64,000 bases of DNA from Escherichia coli (lineage in GTDB: Bacteria > Pseudomonadota > Gammaproteobacteria > Enterobacterales > Enterobacteriaceae): the NCBI RefSeq assembly GCF_024298765.1, contig NZ_CP101210.1. The stretch is one strand, 5' to 3'. How positions within the stretch are numbered: position 1 is the stretch's first letter; each line of letters starts with the position of its first letter. The position numbers and the translations under genes were made by a program. Under the pieces are notes generated by a model. The model saw nothing but the letters and a program-made list of their open reading frames with translations. It searched no databases and was not told the DNA's origin. Of the stretch, positions 8,082 through 18,034 are shown piece after piece.

Positions 8082-10076
8082 TTATTTTTTAGTCATGAAG
8101 GCGACATCTATCGCCAATTGAAGGGCTGTTTTTTCCGATGTTCCTGGCGGAAGTATATCTGCCGCCCTGTTATTCATATTTAAATCAAGCTGACCTGATT
8201 GTGTATTTATCTTTCCATTTTCTGTTGCAGTAATATTAAAATTCTTACAGGTTATATTAAATATTCCGTCACTGGTCATTTGCAGGATAGTGTTCCCACA
8301 ACTAAGAATTATGGAATCTCCCGCAGCAAGGCGTAAATTCTGTACGGCCTGAATCGTTTTATTTTGTCCGGCAAGGGAGGTATCATCCATCTGAACTGTA
8401 AGAGAACGTTCCTCACCAATTATCGCTGTTTCTGTTTTATCAATGACTTTAAGGCGATTATTGCCCACCCAGTGGCTTTCATTATTATTTACTTCAATGC
8501 GTTGATCTTTCTCGGCATGCAACCAGATTTCTTCTCCGCCAGTTTTATCCTCAAAACGCAAGGCGTTAGCATTGGTCGGGCCGCCGCCGATAGTGTGGCT
8601 GTAAAACCCGCTTTGCGTCGCTGCGCCCGGTAGTCCCCACGGTGGCATGGTGTCCTGATTGTAGGTACGCCCAACGATTATCGGTAAATCCGGATCACCG
8701 TTTTTGAAATCCACCAGTACTTCCTGACCAATGCGCGGGATCTGAATGCCACCGAATCCTTTACCCGCCCACGGATAACTGACACGGACCCAGCAGGAAC
8801 TATTTTCGTCATTCTTACCGTAACGATCCCAGCCAAACTGAACTTTCACCCGGCCATATTTATCTGTCCAGATTTCCTGCCCTGCCGGGCCGGTGACGAT
8901 GGCGCTCTGCGGGCCTTTAGTGTGGGGTTTGCTCAGGGTTCGTTGTGGGCGGTAAACTTCGCTGGTGGGATGCAGTTCAAAGCTGGTTGAGTAAGAGAAA
9001 TGCTGCTCCTGGCCGCTGTGTTGCGCATTGTCCTGTATAAATAGCGTGGTCTGTACCAGCAGATATTCCCGGTTCACTTCGGCTGTCGGATAGTTTTCCA
9101 GGGTGAAGGTAAAACCTGTCATCAGGGTACGAATATTGCCGCTGCCCTGTACCCGACTACCTGGGCTACGCTGTTCTTCCATGCGAATGCGTGTCAGCAT
9201 TTCACCTTCACTCTTTGTGAAGTAATCTCCCGGCCATTCGTAGTGCTCATATTCAGCAAGGCCGGTTTCACGCGGATTAGCCACGGTGCTCTTCAGCAGT
9301 GAACGCGGCTTCATAAAGTCGAAATCATTCAGCACCCACTGTCCGCTGCGCAGACTTTCATTTGCTGTGATGGTATGGATAAACTCCTTGTCCAGTTTCA
9401 GCCCTTTCTGGTAATAACACACCAGCGGCGAATCTGCGCATGCCTTGTGGACATTAATGGCATCAGCCAGCACTAACGTGTGACTGTTCTCGCTGTGCTC
9501 AAACCACCAGTAGATACCCCACTCCTGCATCAGGCGCTGAACAAAATCGAAATCTGTTTCACCGTACTGCACCTGCCAGGCGCGAGTCGGATAATTTTCC
9601 ACCAGTCGTTTTTCCACTGGCCAGGGGTACTCATCCAGTACCTCATCCAGGATCTCCACCACGTTTTTATTCTGAAACGCTTTGTAGTCACTAGTGTGGG
9701 TCAGTATTTTTAACCACGGTTCGAGCCGCAGTTCATACACCACCGAACGTCCTTGATGACCAGCCACGCGTGCCGCCGTCACCAGCCCGCTGATATAACG
9801 TTTTCCGCCGCCATCCAATTCGATATTGACGCACAGATCTTTGCCCACCATCGGTTTGAGCTGCAGGTTGGCTGCGGGGGAAACATAGCCCAGGTTCAGG
9901 ATGTCAGGAGTTTTTAATTTAATAGAATAAGTAAATAGTTCCCCTACTGTTTCTGTACCCCCTAAGCTTGCAAACAGTAACATTCCATCAGGAACTGCGC
10001 TGCCGCTCAAAGTCACGTTATGTGTACCCGATCCAGTTAGTGCGCCGGATGGATAATCTGTAGCTGCAAAACTCAT
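8082..10076 (-). CDS. vgrG: VgrG (T6SS spike protein, gp27/gp5-like)
   Basis: 664-aa ORF; gp27-like region [24 protein letters not shown], gp5-like repeats; first gene of vgrG-eag-rhs-imm operon. Confidence 0.85.
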   Translation of the reverse strand: MSFAATDYPSGALTGSGTHNVTLSGSAVPDGMLLFASLGGTETVGELFTYSIKLKTPDILNLGYVSPAANLQLKPMVGKDLCVNIELDGGGKRYISGLVTAARVAGHQGRSVVYELRLEPWLKILTHTSDYKAFQNKNVVEILDEVLDEYPWPVEKRLVENYPTRAWQVQYGETDFDFVQRLMQEWGIYWWFEHSENSHTLVLADAINVHKACADSPLVCYYQKGLKLDKEFIHTITANESLRSGQWVLNDFDFMKPRSLLKSTVANPRETGLAEYEHYEWPGDYFTKSEGEMLTRIRMEEQRSPGSRVQGSGNIRTLMTGFTFTLENYPTAEVNREYLLVQTTLFIQDNAQHSGQEQHFSYSTSFELHPTSEVYRPQRTLSKPHTKGPQSAIVTGPAGQEIWTDKYGRVKVQFGWDRYGKNDENSSCWVRVSYPWAGKGFGGIQIPRIGQEVLVDFKNGDPDLPIIVGRTYNQDTMPPWGLPGAATQSGFYSHTIGGGPTNANALRFEDKTGGEEIWLHAEKDQRIEVNNNESHWVGNNRLKVIDKTETAIIGEERSLTVQMDDTSLAGQNKTIQAVQNLRLAAGDSIILSCGNTILQMTSDGIFNITCKNFNITATENGKINTQSGQLDLNMNNRAADILPPGTSEKTALQLAIDVAFMTKK

Positions 10077-10297
10077 AATTAATCCTTTTAACTAGAAATG
10101 GATAAGTGCTAATAAGAAATCTTACAGAGAATAAAATATGCAATATATTCGTAGCTGGCATAAAACATCTCAATACTTATGCGTGCTACTGAAGATACTA
10201 TCAACCATATATGCCTTGAAGAATGCACCGTCATGTTAACCTGGTGGAAACATTCACCTAAAGTACATTAATAAAACTAATAAAATTATTTAATTTG

Positions 10298-10654
10298 TTA
10301 TTTGATATGATTATCATCAAGTCTTAAAATACGTTCTCCGGTTCTAATTATGCTAAAACCATAGTATTCTTTTTTACTTCCGGAAGAGAGCATATATTTC
10401 CCTATATACATAACATCTGAAGATAGCTCACTTATATCAATACATACGGGTTCGAACTGACCTGTCACTCTTTTCAACTTTATTGCATTGCCATATTTAC
10501 CTTCATATAAAACATAATTTGAAATAATATTCCCATCGTCTGGTTTTGAACAAATCTGTCCGTCTTGCAAATATACACTACCGGGTAACAATGGGCGAAC
10601 ATAATCACCAACAGTGCATCCCGACAAAAAGAAAAACAAAAAGAATCTCTTCAT
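10298..10654 (-). CDS. Small lipoprotein (signal peptide with lipobox FLSGC), candidate immunity protein
   Basis: 118-aa ORF; MKRFFLFFFLSGC N-terminus; 4-nt ATGA overlap with upstream gene; AT-rich. Confidence 0.5.
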   Translation of the reverse strand: MKRFFLFFFLSGCTVGDYVRPLLPGSVYLQDGQICSKPDDGNIISNYVLYEGKYGNAIKLKRVTGQFEPVCIDISELSSDVMYIGKYMLSSGSKKEYYGFSIIRTGERILRLDDNHIK

Positions 10655-11220
10655 ATGACACCCGCAGGAAATAAATTAAGCACCTTTTTGTATTTTTCCG
10701 ATAGAGTGTTCACTGATTCAGTTGTATCACCTACATAGTTAACATTTGCCAAATCAGCCACCAGTCCATAGTTAATTAATAGCCAATAATCAACAACTAT
10801 AGATGCTTGTTGTTCCATGGAATAAGAAGAAATTGACTGTAAATTAAGATCGTAATGATAATTTGCCGCCCAAGAAAATAAACCACGCAACTTAACTGCA
10901 TACCCTTTCTGATATTGCCAAACATGCATCATTTCATGAATAAACAAGTGAGAAGCACCTGCTACTGTTTCACGATCACCAGGCATTGCTTGCGATGAAT
11001 AATCTGAACTATAAACAGCATCAGGATAATACATTTCCCCGTTTGGGGTCATCGCTGTTCTTTCCCCTTGACCAGGCAAATATTTTTCATTGTGGATCCA
11101 TACCTTGCTATAATCAATTGTATTCTCAAAAATCGATCTGGCCAATGTTAATTCACCAGATGTCATTCTCCTTAATGACATATCCTTTCCCCTGGAAATA
11201 ATATCTTTCAGATAAAACAC
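10651..11220 (-). CDS. HExxHxxQ zincin-like metallopeptidase-motif protein (DUF4157-like), candidate toxin/effector
   Basis: 189-aa ORF; FIHEMMHVWQYQ motif preceded by SIFENTIDYSKVWIH; no signal peptide; translationally coupled to lipoprotein. Confidence 0.5.
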   Translation of the reverse strand: MFYLKDIISRGKDMSLRRMTSGELTLARSIFENTIDYSKVWIHNEKYLPGQGERTAMTPNGEMYYPDAVYSSDYSSQAMPGDRETVAGASHLFIHEMMHVWQYQKGYAVKLRGLFSWAANYHYDLNLQSISSYSMEQQASIVVDYWLLINYGLVADLANVNYVGDTTESVNTLSEKYKKVLNLFPAGVI

Positions 11221-12118
11221 AAACGCCCTTTGATGTTCAATATTCCCACTTTATACAGTATTGATGACATCATCTTCATAGAAAATAAAATCAAAGCAAG
11301 TTATCAACGTTTCCCGTTATGATTTCTTAACATTAATTCTCAGCATTTTTATTAATCTATCTTCAATATCAATAACCGATGCAAATGATTACGCAGCTAA
11401 CATAATTCTCATCAATTGATTAATATCTGTAAACGCTACCGCCCCACCCTGATATCTTAATCTGCACATAGCAATCTTAACGTTATGCCCCATACATTAG
11501 TAATGTAAATTAAGAATTCGGAATATATCAAATTCACTTCATAAATTAATATCGGGAATGATATACACATTAATTATATTGAAGTAATGTTTTAAGAGTT
11601 GTAATGACCATGGAACAGGACTAATTCCAGAAACTCCTGTTGGGCAATAGCGCGTTTATCATCCTACATGCCTCTTACATTTTTTAGCCTTTTCTTTAAC
11701 GTCAGCAATTGGCTCATTTAATCAGCAATGGTATTGGTATTTGGCGTATTACCCCTGAAACCCGTCATGTGCTAGCACCTCACTATTCAATGAGCCAACC
11801 ACGCCAGTGTCCACTGCAACCACTGGCGTTCAGAGCGACGAACGAGTGGCGCAAGAGTAGGACTGCCGTCGGGCATCATCAAACCAATAGTGGTTGTTTC
11901 CGTCAAAATTTCATCAGGTTGCTATTTGGTTGCCGGCCGCCTTTATCCCCACATATTTATAGCGGGATTATTTTGCATCGTTACACGATAAAAGGTAGGA
12001 TTCTGCGCCGACAGTTATACCCATAAAGAATAATGGTGAATCTTGTCATCGCCAGGATGAATAAACATTGTTCATGGCAACTTATATGACTTTTTCATTA
12101 AAGCAATCAGGGAGAGCA

Positions 12119-13618
12119 ATGAGTAAACACGACACCGACACTTCAGATCAACACGCCGCGAAACGCCGCTGGCTTAATGCCCACGAAGAGGGGTATCACA
12201 AAGCGATGGGCAATCGCCAGGTGCAGATGATCGCCATTGGCGGCGCGATTGGTACGGGTTTGTTTTTAGGCGCGGGAGCCCGACTGCAAATGGCGGGGCC
12301 AGCACTGGCACTGGTCTATTTAATCTGCGGCTTGTTTTCGTTTTTTATTCTGCGTGCATTGGGTGAGCTGGTGCTACACCGCCCTTCCAGTGGCAGTTTT
12401 GTCTCTTATGCCCGTGAGTTTTTGGGTGAGAAAGCCGCTTATGTTGCAGGCTGGATGTACTTCATCAACTGGGCGATGACGGGGATTGTCGATATTACCG
12501 CCGTTGCACTGTATATGCATTACTGGGGCGCATTTGGTGGTGTACCGCAGTGGGTCTTTGCGCTCGCTGCGCTGACCATCGTTGGCACCATGAATATGAT
12601 TGGTGTGAAATGGTTTGCCGAGATGGAGTTCTGGTTTGCGCTTATTAAAGTGCTCGCCATTGTGACCTTTTTGGTCGTGGGTACAGTGTTCCTCGGTAGT
12701 GGTCAGCCGCTGGATGGCAACACCACTGGCTTTCATTTAATTACCGATAACGGCGGCTTCTTCCCCCACGGTTTGCTACCTGCGCTGGTGTTGATTCAGG
12801 GCGTAGTGTTTGCTTTTGCCTCCATTGAAATGGTGGGTACAGCTGCCGGAGAATGTAAAGATCCGCAGACCATGGTGCCTAAAGCGATTAACAGTGTGAT
12901 TTGGCGTATTGGCCTGTTTTACGTCGGCTCCGTGGTGTTGCTGGTTATGTTATTGCCGTGGAGCGCGTATCAGGCGGGGCAAAGTCCGTTCGTGACGTTT
13001 TTCTCTAAACTGGGTGTGCCGTACATCGGCAGCATTATGAACATTGTGGTGCTGACCGCTGCCCTCTCCAGCCTGAACTCAGGTCTGTACTGCACCGGAC
13101 GTATTCTGCGCTCGATGGCGATGGGCGGTTCCGCACCGAGTTTTATGGCGAAAATGAGTCGTCAGCATGTGCCGTATGCCGGGATTCTGGCGACACTGGT
13201 TGTGTATGTCGTCGGCGTATTCCTCAACTATCTGGTGCCGTCGCGCGTATTTGAGATTGTGTTGAACTTCGCGTCGCTGGGAATCATCGCTTCATGGGCG
13301 TTTATCATCGTGTGCCAGATGCGCCTGCGTAAAGCGATTAAAGAAGGCAAAGCAGCGGATGTCAGTTTTAAACTGCCTGGCGCGCCCTTCACTTCCTGGC
13401 TGACATTACTGTTTTTGCTGAGCGTCCTTGTGCTGATGGCGTTCGATTACCCGAACGGGACTTATACTATCGCGGCGCTGCCGATTATCGGTATTCTGCT
13501 GGTTATAGGCTGGTTTGGTGTGCGCAAACGCGTTGCTGAAATTCACAGCACTGCGCCAGTCGTCGAGGAAGATGAAGAAAAACAGGAAATTGTGTTTAAG
13601 CCTGAAACGGCGAGCTAA
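12119..13618 (+). CDS. ansP: L-asparagine permease (APC family)
   Basis: ORF 12068..13618 trimmed to ATG 12119 with GGAGAG SD; 499 aa, 12-TM amino acid permease. Confidence 0.9.
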   Translation: MSKHDTDTSDQHAAKRRWLNAHEEGYHKAMGNRQVQMIAIGGAIGTGLFLGAGARLQMAGPALALVYLICGLFSFFILRALGELVLHRPSSGSFVSYAREFLGEKAAYVAGWMYFINWAMTGIVDITAVALYMHYWGAFGGVPQWVFALAALTIVGTMNMIGVKWFAEMEFWFALIKVLAIVTFLVVGTVFLGSGQPLDGNTTGFHLITDNGGFFPHGLLPALVLIQGVVFAFASIEMVGTAAGECKDPQTMVPKAINSVIWRIGLFYVGSVVLLVMLLPWSAYQAGQSPFVTFFSKLGVPYIGSIMNIVVLTAALSSLNSGLYCTGRILRSMAMGGSAPSFMAKMSRQHVPYAGILATLVVYVVGVFLNYLVPSRVFEIVLNFASLGIIASWAFIIVCQMRLRKAIKEGKAADVSFKLPGAPFTSWLTLLFLLSVLVLMAFDYPNGTYTIAALPIIGILLVIGWFGVRKRVAEIHSTAPVVEEDEEKQEIVFKPETAS

Positions 13619-13626
13619 TTGCAAAA

Positions 13627-13649
13627 TTGCCCGGCTACGTGCCGGGCAA
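13627..13649. terminator. Hairpin terminator between convergent ansP and yncE
   Basis: TTGCCCGGC-tacgt-GCCGGGCAA perfect 9-bp stem. Confidence 0.5.
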
Positions 13650-13730
13650 ATTCAAATTACTGACGAAGGTGCCGGATACGGCGTGATAAAAGTCAGGCAA
13701 GTCTCTCCATTTTCACCCTCGCCATATCTA

Positions 13731-14792
13731 TTACAGCGCAATACGAATCACATCGTCCGGCTGGGTAGCTTCCTGCTGTTTAGTGGATTTTTGTTTCACA
13801 CTGACATACAGCGTTTTGCCATCGGCAGACAGTGCCAGGCTGTTCGGATGAGTCGGCGTATCGAACGTTTTCACCACTTTATAGCTTTTCGCGTCAATCA
13901 CACTGACTTTACCTGCCTGACGATGCGTCACGTAGGCTTCATTACGCGCGGGGTTAAACAGCACAGCCAGTGATTCCGGTGCCGCAACCTTCGCCAGAAT
14001 ATTGCCATTACGGGTATCGACCACTAACACTTCTGCCGCTTTAGAGTCGGTGATAAATGCACGCTGCCTTGCGGTATCAAGGCTGATGTTGATAAAGAAG
14101 TGCTCTTTGCCGTCATCCAGCAGCTTTTTACGGCTGAGGATTTTATTGTCGGCGGTGTCGATGGTAATCAATTCGCCGTCAGCGTTAGTGGTGTAAAGAC
14201 GTTTGCCTTTGCTATCCAGCGCTAAACCGGTACTCATTTTACCGGTGTTCTGGATGGCGGTTTTCAGTTTGATATTCTCGCCATCAACGACCCAAATCAC
14301 GCTCTCTTTACCAATACCACTGATGTAAACGGTGTTCGTGGCATCGTCTGCCACCAGCTCACGCGGTTGCAGCGGGCGCACCTCTTCAGTGCGCTTACGA
14401 TCATCCAGCACCAGACGGCCTTTCACTTCGCCCGTTTTGGCATCTATCGCCGTGACCGCGCTGTTTACAGTGTTACCAAACCACAACGTCTGAGTCGTGT
14501 TATTGATGGTAGCACCAAACGGCTTGAGATCGTTATGGATCGCCTGCGTCACTTCCAGAGTAACCGGATCAAGACGATAAACCACGCCGCCTTTATCCAG
14601 TTTGCGGCTTTGCGAAGTGGCGAGCCACAGCGCGTTTTCTTGCTGGCTATAAGCCATTTCGTAGGCACCTTTACCTACCGCTTTACGCAGCATTTCTTCT
14701 GCGGCCTGCGTACTGAATGATGAAGCAACAAGCAATGAACCTAACAGTAATGAACCACGCAGGCGCGATGAAAACAGATGACGTAAATGCAT
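13731..14792 (-). CDS. yncE: PQQ-like beta-propeller periplasmic protein
   Basis: 353-aa ORF with signal peptide; recognised YncE. Confidence 0.9.
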   Translation of the reverse strand: MHLRHLFSSRLRGSLLLGSLLVASSFSTQAAEEMLRKAVGKGAYEMAYSQQENALWLATSQSRKLDKGGVVYRLDPVTLEVTQAIHNDLKPFGATINNTTQTLWFGNTVNSAVTAIDAKTGEVKGRLVLDDRKRTEEVRPLQPRELVADDATNTVYISGIGKESVIWVVDGENIKLKTAIQNTGKMSTGLALDSKGKRLYTTNADGELITIDTADNKILSRKKLLDDGKEHFFINISLDTARQRAFITDSKAAEVLVVDTRNGNILAKVAAPESLAVLFNPARNEAYVTHRQAGKVSVIDAKSYKVVKTFDTPTHPNSLALSADGKTLYVSVKQKSTKQQEATQPDDVIRIAL

Positions 14793-14876
14793 GACGACTC
14801 CCTTTGATGAACCGATATTTTTGCTGCTTCACAATGCTTCGCTAAGCGTAATCATCGTTACGCTCTTGTTATAAAT

Positions 14877-14895
14877 GGGAATGGTAATCATTATT
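14877..14895. promoter_or_regulatory. Candidate Fur box in yncE/yncD divergent promoter region
   Basis: gggaatggTAATCATTATt, about 15/19 match to GATAATGATAATCATTATC with exact TAATCATTAT core. Confidence 0.4.
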
Positions 14896-15033
14896 TTCTC
14901 AAATGTGGAGCATTTCTTGCCGTTACGACTACAATTTTCTCAATTACTTAACATATCGTGCCGTTTCGTTTTCCATAAATTTACAATTTTATTACCATGA
15001 CGGTGTTTTCCCATTCTTAACCTGGCTTTTTTC

Positions 15034-17136
15034 ATGAAGATTTTTTCCGTCCGACAGACCGTTTTTCCCGCGCTGCTTGTCCTTTCCCCCACCGTTTTTG
15101 CCGCTGATGAACAGACCATGATTGTCAGTGCCGCGCCGCAGGTGATTTCAGAACTGGATACCCCAGCAGCCGTGAGCGTGGTGGATGGCGAGGAGATGCG
15201 CCTGGCAACACCGCGCATTAACTTGTCTGAATCACTGACTGGCGTGCCTGGTTTGCAGGTACAAAACCGGCAGAACTATGCGCAAGATTTACAGCTGTCG
15301 ATTCGCGGATTTGGCTCCCGCTCCACTTACGGAATTCGCGGTATTCGCCTGTATGTTGACGGTATTCCCGCTACCATGCCCGACGGACAAGGGCAGACAT
15401 CCAATATCGATTTAAGCAGTGTGCAAAATGTGGAAGTGCTGCGTGGCCCCTTCTCTGCTCTGTATGGCAACGCGTCTGGCGGTGTAATGAATGTCATCAC
15501 CCAGACCGGACAACAGCCACCAACCATTGAAGCCAGTAGTTACTACGGCAGTTTTGGCAGCTGGCGCTATGGGCTGAAAGCAACGGGCGCAACGGGAGAC
15601 GGCACACAGCCAGGCGATGTCGATTACACCGTCTCAACCACGCGCTTTACGACCCACGGCTATCGTGATCATAGTGGCGCACAGAAAAATTTAGCCAATG
15701 CCAAACTGGGCGTTCGCATTGATGACGCCAGCAAATTAAGCCTGATTTTCAATAGTGTGGATATCAAAGCAGATGACCCAGGTGGGCTAACCGAAGCAGA
15801 ATGGAAGGCGAATCCACAACAAGCGCCCCGTGCAGAACAGTACGACACGCGAAAAACCATCAAGCAAACTCAGGCTGGGTTGCGCTATGAACGTAGCCTG
15901 AGCGCGCAAGATGATATGAGTGTAATGATGTATGCCGGAGAGCGAGAAACGACCCAGTACCAGTCAATCCCCATGTCCCCGCAACTTAACCCGTCACATG
16001 CGGGCGGCGTGATTACCCTGCAACGCCATTACCAGGGGATAGACAGCCGCTGGACACACCGTGGTGAATTGGGCGTTCCAGTCACGTTCACAACCGGCCT
16101 GAACTACGAAAACATGAGTGAAAACCGCAAGGGTTACAATAACTTCCGCCTGAATCGCGGCGTGCCGGAATACGGGCAAAAAGGTGAGTTGCGCCGCGAC
16201 GAACGCAATTTGATGTGGAACGTCGATCCCTATTTACAAACCCAGTGGCAACTGACCGACAAACTTTCGCTGGATGCTGGCGTGCGCTACAGCTCTGTGT
16301 GGTTTGATTCCAATGATCATTACGTTACTCCGGGTAACGGCGACGACAGCGGTGATGCCAGTTATCACAAATGGCTACCAGCCGGATCGTTAAAATATGC
16401 AATGACCGATGCCTGGAATGTCTATCTGGCAGCCGGGCGCGGTTTTGAAACGCCGACGATTAATGAGCTGTCTTATCGCGCTGATGGGCAAAGCGGTATG
16501 AACTTTGGTTTAAAACCCTCCACCAACGATACAATTGAGATCGGCAGTAAAACGCGTATTGGTGATGGGCTGCTTAGTCTCGCATTGTTCCAGACCGACA
16601 CCGATGATGAAATTGTTGTCGATAGCAGTAGCGGTGGGCGTACGACTTACAAAAATGCCGGAAAGACCCGTCGTCAAGGCGCTGAACTGGCATGGGATCA
16701 ACGTTTCGCGGGAGATTTTCGCGTAAAAGCGTCCTGGACCTGGCTTGATGCGACCTATCGCAGCAATGTTTGCAATGAACAGGATTGTAACGGTAACCGG
16801 ATGCCAGGGATCGCCCGTAATATGGGCTTTGCGTCGATAGGTTATGTACCGGAAGATGGCTGGTATGCAGGTACGGAAGCGCGTTATATGGGCGATATTA
16901 TGGCAGATGATGAAAATACGGCCAAAGCGCCGTCTTATACTCTCGTCGGCTTATTCACCGGGTATAAATACAATTACCACAATTTAACTGTGGATTTATT
17001 TGGTCGTGTCGATAATTTATTCGATAAAGAATACGTTGGCTCTGTCATTGTCAATGAGTCAAACGGGCGATATTACGAACCTGCGCCCGGGCGAAATTAT
17101 GGTGTCGGCATGAATATTGCGTGGCGATTTGAGTAA
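15034..17136 (+). CDS. yncD: TonB-dependent outer membrane receptor
   Basis: 700-aa ORF; signal peptide, plug and beta-barrel, C-terminal ...AWRFE. Confidence 0.9.
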   Translation: MKIFSVRQTVFPALLVLSPTVFAADEQTMIVSAAPQVISELDTPAAVSVVDGEEMRLATPRINLSESLTGVPGLQVQNRQNYAQDLQLSIRGFGSRSTYGIRGIRLYVDGIPATMPDGQGQTSNIDLSSVQNVEVLRGPFSALYGNASGGVMNVITQTGQQPPTIEASSYYGSFGSWRYGLKATGATGDGTQPGDVDYTVSTTRFTTHGYRDHSGAQKNLANAKLGVRIDDASKLSLIFNSVDIKADDPGGLTEAEWKANPQQAPRAEQYDTRKTIKQTQAGLRYERSLSAQDDMSVMMYAGERETTQYQSIPMSPQLNPSHAGGVITLQRHYQGIDSRWTHRGELGVPVTFTTGLNYENMSENRKGYNNFRLNRGVPEYGQKGELRRDERNLMWNVDPYLQTQWQLTDKLSLDAGVRYSSVWFDSNDHYVTPGNGDDSGDASYHKWLPAGSLKYAMTDAWNVYLAAGRGFETPTINELSYRADGQSGMNFGLKPSTNDTIEIGSKTRIGDGLLSLALFQTDTDDEIVVDSSSGGRTTYKNAGKTRRQGAELAWDQRFAGDFRVKASWTWLDATYRSNVCNEQDCNGNRMPGIARNMGFASIGYVPEDGWYAGTEARYMGDIMADDENTAKAPSYTLVGLFTGYKYNYHNLTVDLFGRVDNLFDKEYVGSVIVNESNGRYYEPAPGRNYGVGMNIAWRFE

Positions 17137-17144
17137 TTACCTTG

Positions 17145-17166
17145 ATGCCCGGTATTTGCCGGGCAT
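17145..17166. terminator. Bidirectional hairpin terminator between yncD and mcbR
   Basis: ATGCCCGG-tatttg-CCGGGCAT followed by tttaattt. Confidence 0.5.
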
Positions 17167-17171
17167 TTAAT

Positions 17172-17837
17172 TTAACGATTGTATTGCTGGTATAAAATAG
17201 CAATATTTTGTTGCATAATTTCAGCAAGACAATGTCTGCATCCCTCTTTGTCTTTTGCTTTTAACGCGGCGAGTAATAGACGATAGTTTTCTATACGCTC
17301 CCGTAATTCCGCTGGATTAATCGCTTCATAGAGATAATGTAAACCAGGTCCCATCCTGACCCACAGTTGCTCAATCATCTCACACAGGATGGGCATATTT
17401 GAACGATGATAAATCGCTAAGCGAAATAGCCTGTTCGCATTAATGATTTGTTCCATGTCGCCCTTTTCTTGCGCCTGCTGTAATTTCTCGAGCAATTCCT
17501 CGAGTTCCGCCAGGTCTTGCGGGGTGAGGTTTTCAACAGCCAGAGTAACTGCCATTAATTCCAGCTCGTAGCGGATCCGATTGATTTCGTCTAATTGACG
17601 TTTCCCCACTTCCGGAACTGTAAATGCTTGCGCTGGTGCGACAGAAAGCGCATTCACCGAAACCAGACGTAATAATGCTTCACGCACAGGTGTAATACTC
17701 ATACCTAATTGCTCCGCCAGATTTTTAGTAATCAGGCGTGCGCCAGGTTTTAATGCGCCAATACTAAGCTGATGTTTCAGGTCGTTCTCAACCTGCAGAG
17801 TCAAACTGACATGTTTCATTTTTTCCGTTCCAGGCAT
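17172..17837 (-). CDS. mcbR: GntR-family transcriptional regulator McbR/YncC
   Basis: ORF 240 aa trimmed to internal Met (221 aa); GntR HTH. Confidence 0.85.
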   Translation of the reverse strand: MPGTEKMKHVSLTLQVENDLKHQLSIGALKPGARLITKNLAEQLGMSITPVREALLRLVSVNALSVAPAQAFTVPEVGKRQLDEINRIRYELELMAVTLAVENLTPQDLAELEELLEKLQQAQEKGDMEQIINANRLFRLAIYHRSNMPILCEMIEQLWVRMGPGLHYLYEAINPAELRERIENYRLLLAALKAKDKEGCRHCLAEIMQQNIAILYQQYNR

Positions 17838-18034
17838 TTTAATTCCTTCGCGTGTTTTCTGTCCAACCCTGCCTGCATGGCAGAAGGAGTTCACCTGGTG
17901 TATTAAAGTGAATAATCATAAACCACTCACCTTTGTTGTTATTAGCAGCAGAACAATGACGTGGTTAGTTAATTAAAGCTGAAAATAAGCTTTTTGCCTG
18001 GATTTTTATGGCGGCTTACGCCGCCGTTGAAACT

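Noticed and set aside
8364..8674. Small ORFs on both strands inside vgrG
   Set aside because: Overlap the well-supported vgrG frame; no motifs.
11709..12026. 105-aa plus-strand ORF upstream of ansP
   Set aside because: No recognisable domain, in the ansP promoter region, no convincing ribosome-binding site.
18005..18030. GGCGGC-ttac-GCCGCC hairpin after curA as a terminator
   Set aside because: On the curA (minus) strand it is not followed by a U-run; may be a structural element but not a classic terminator.
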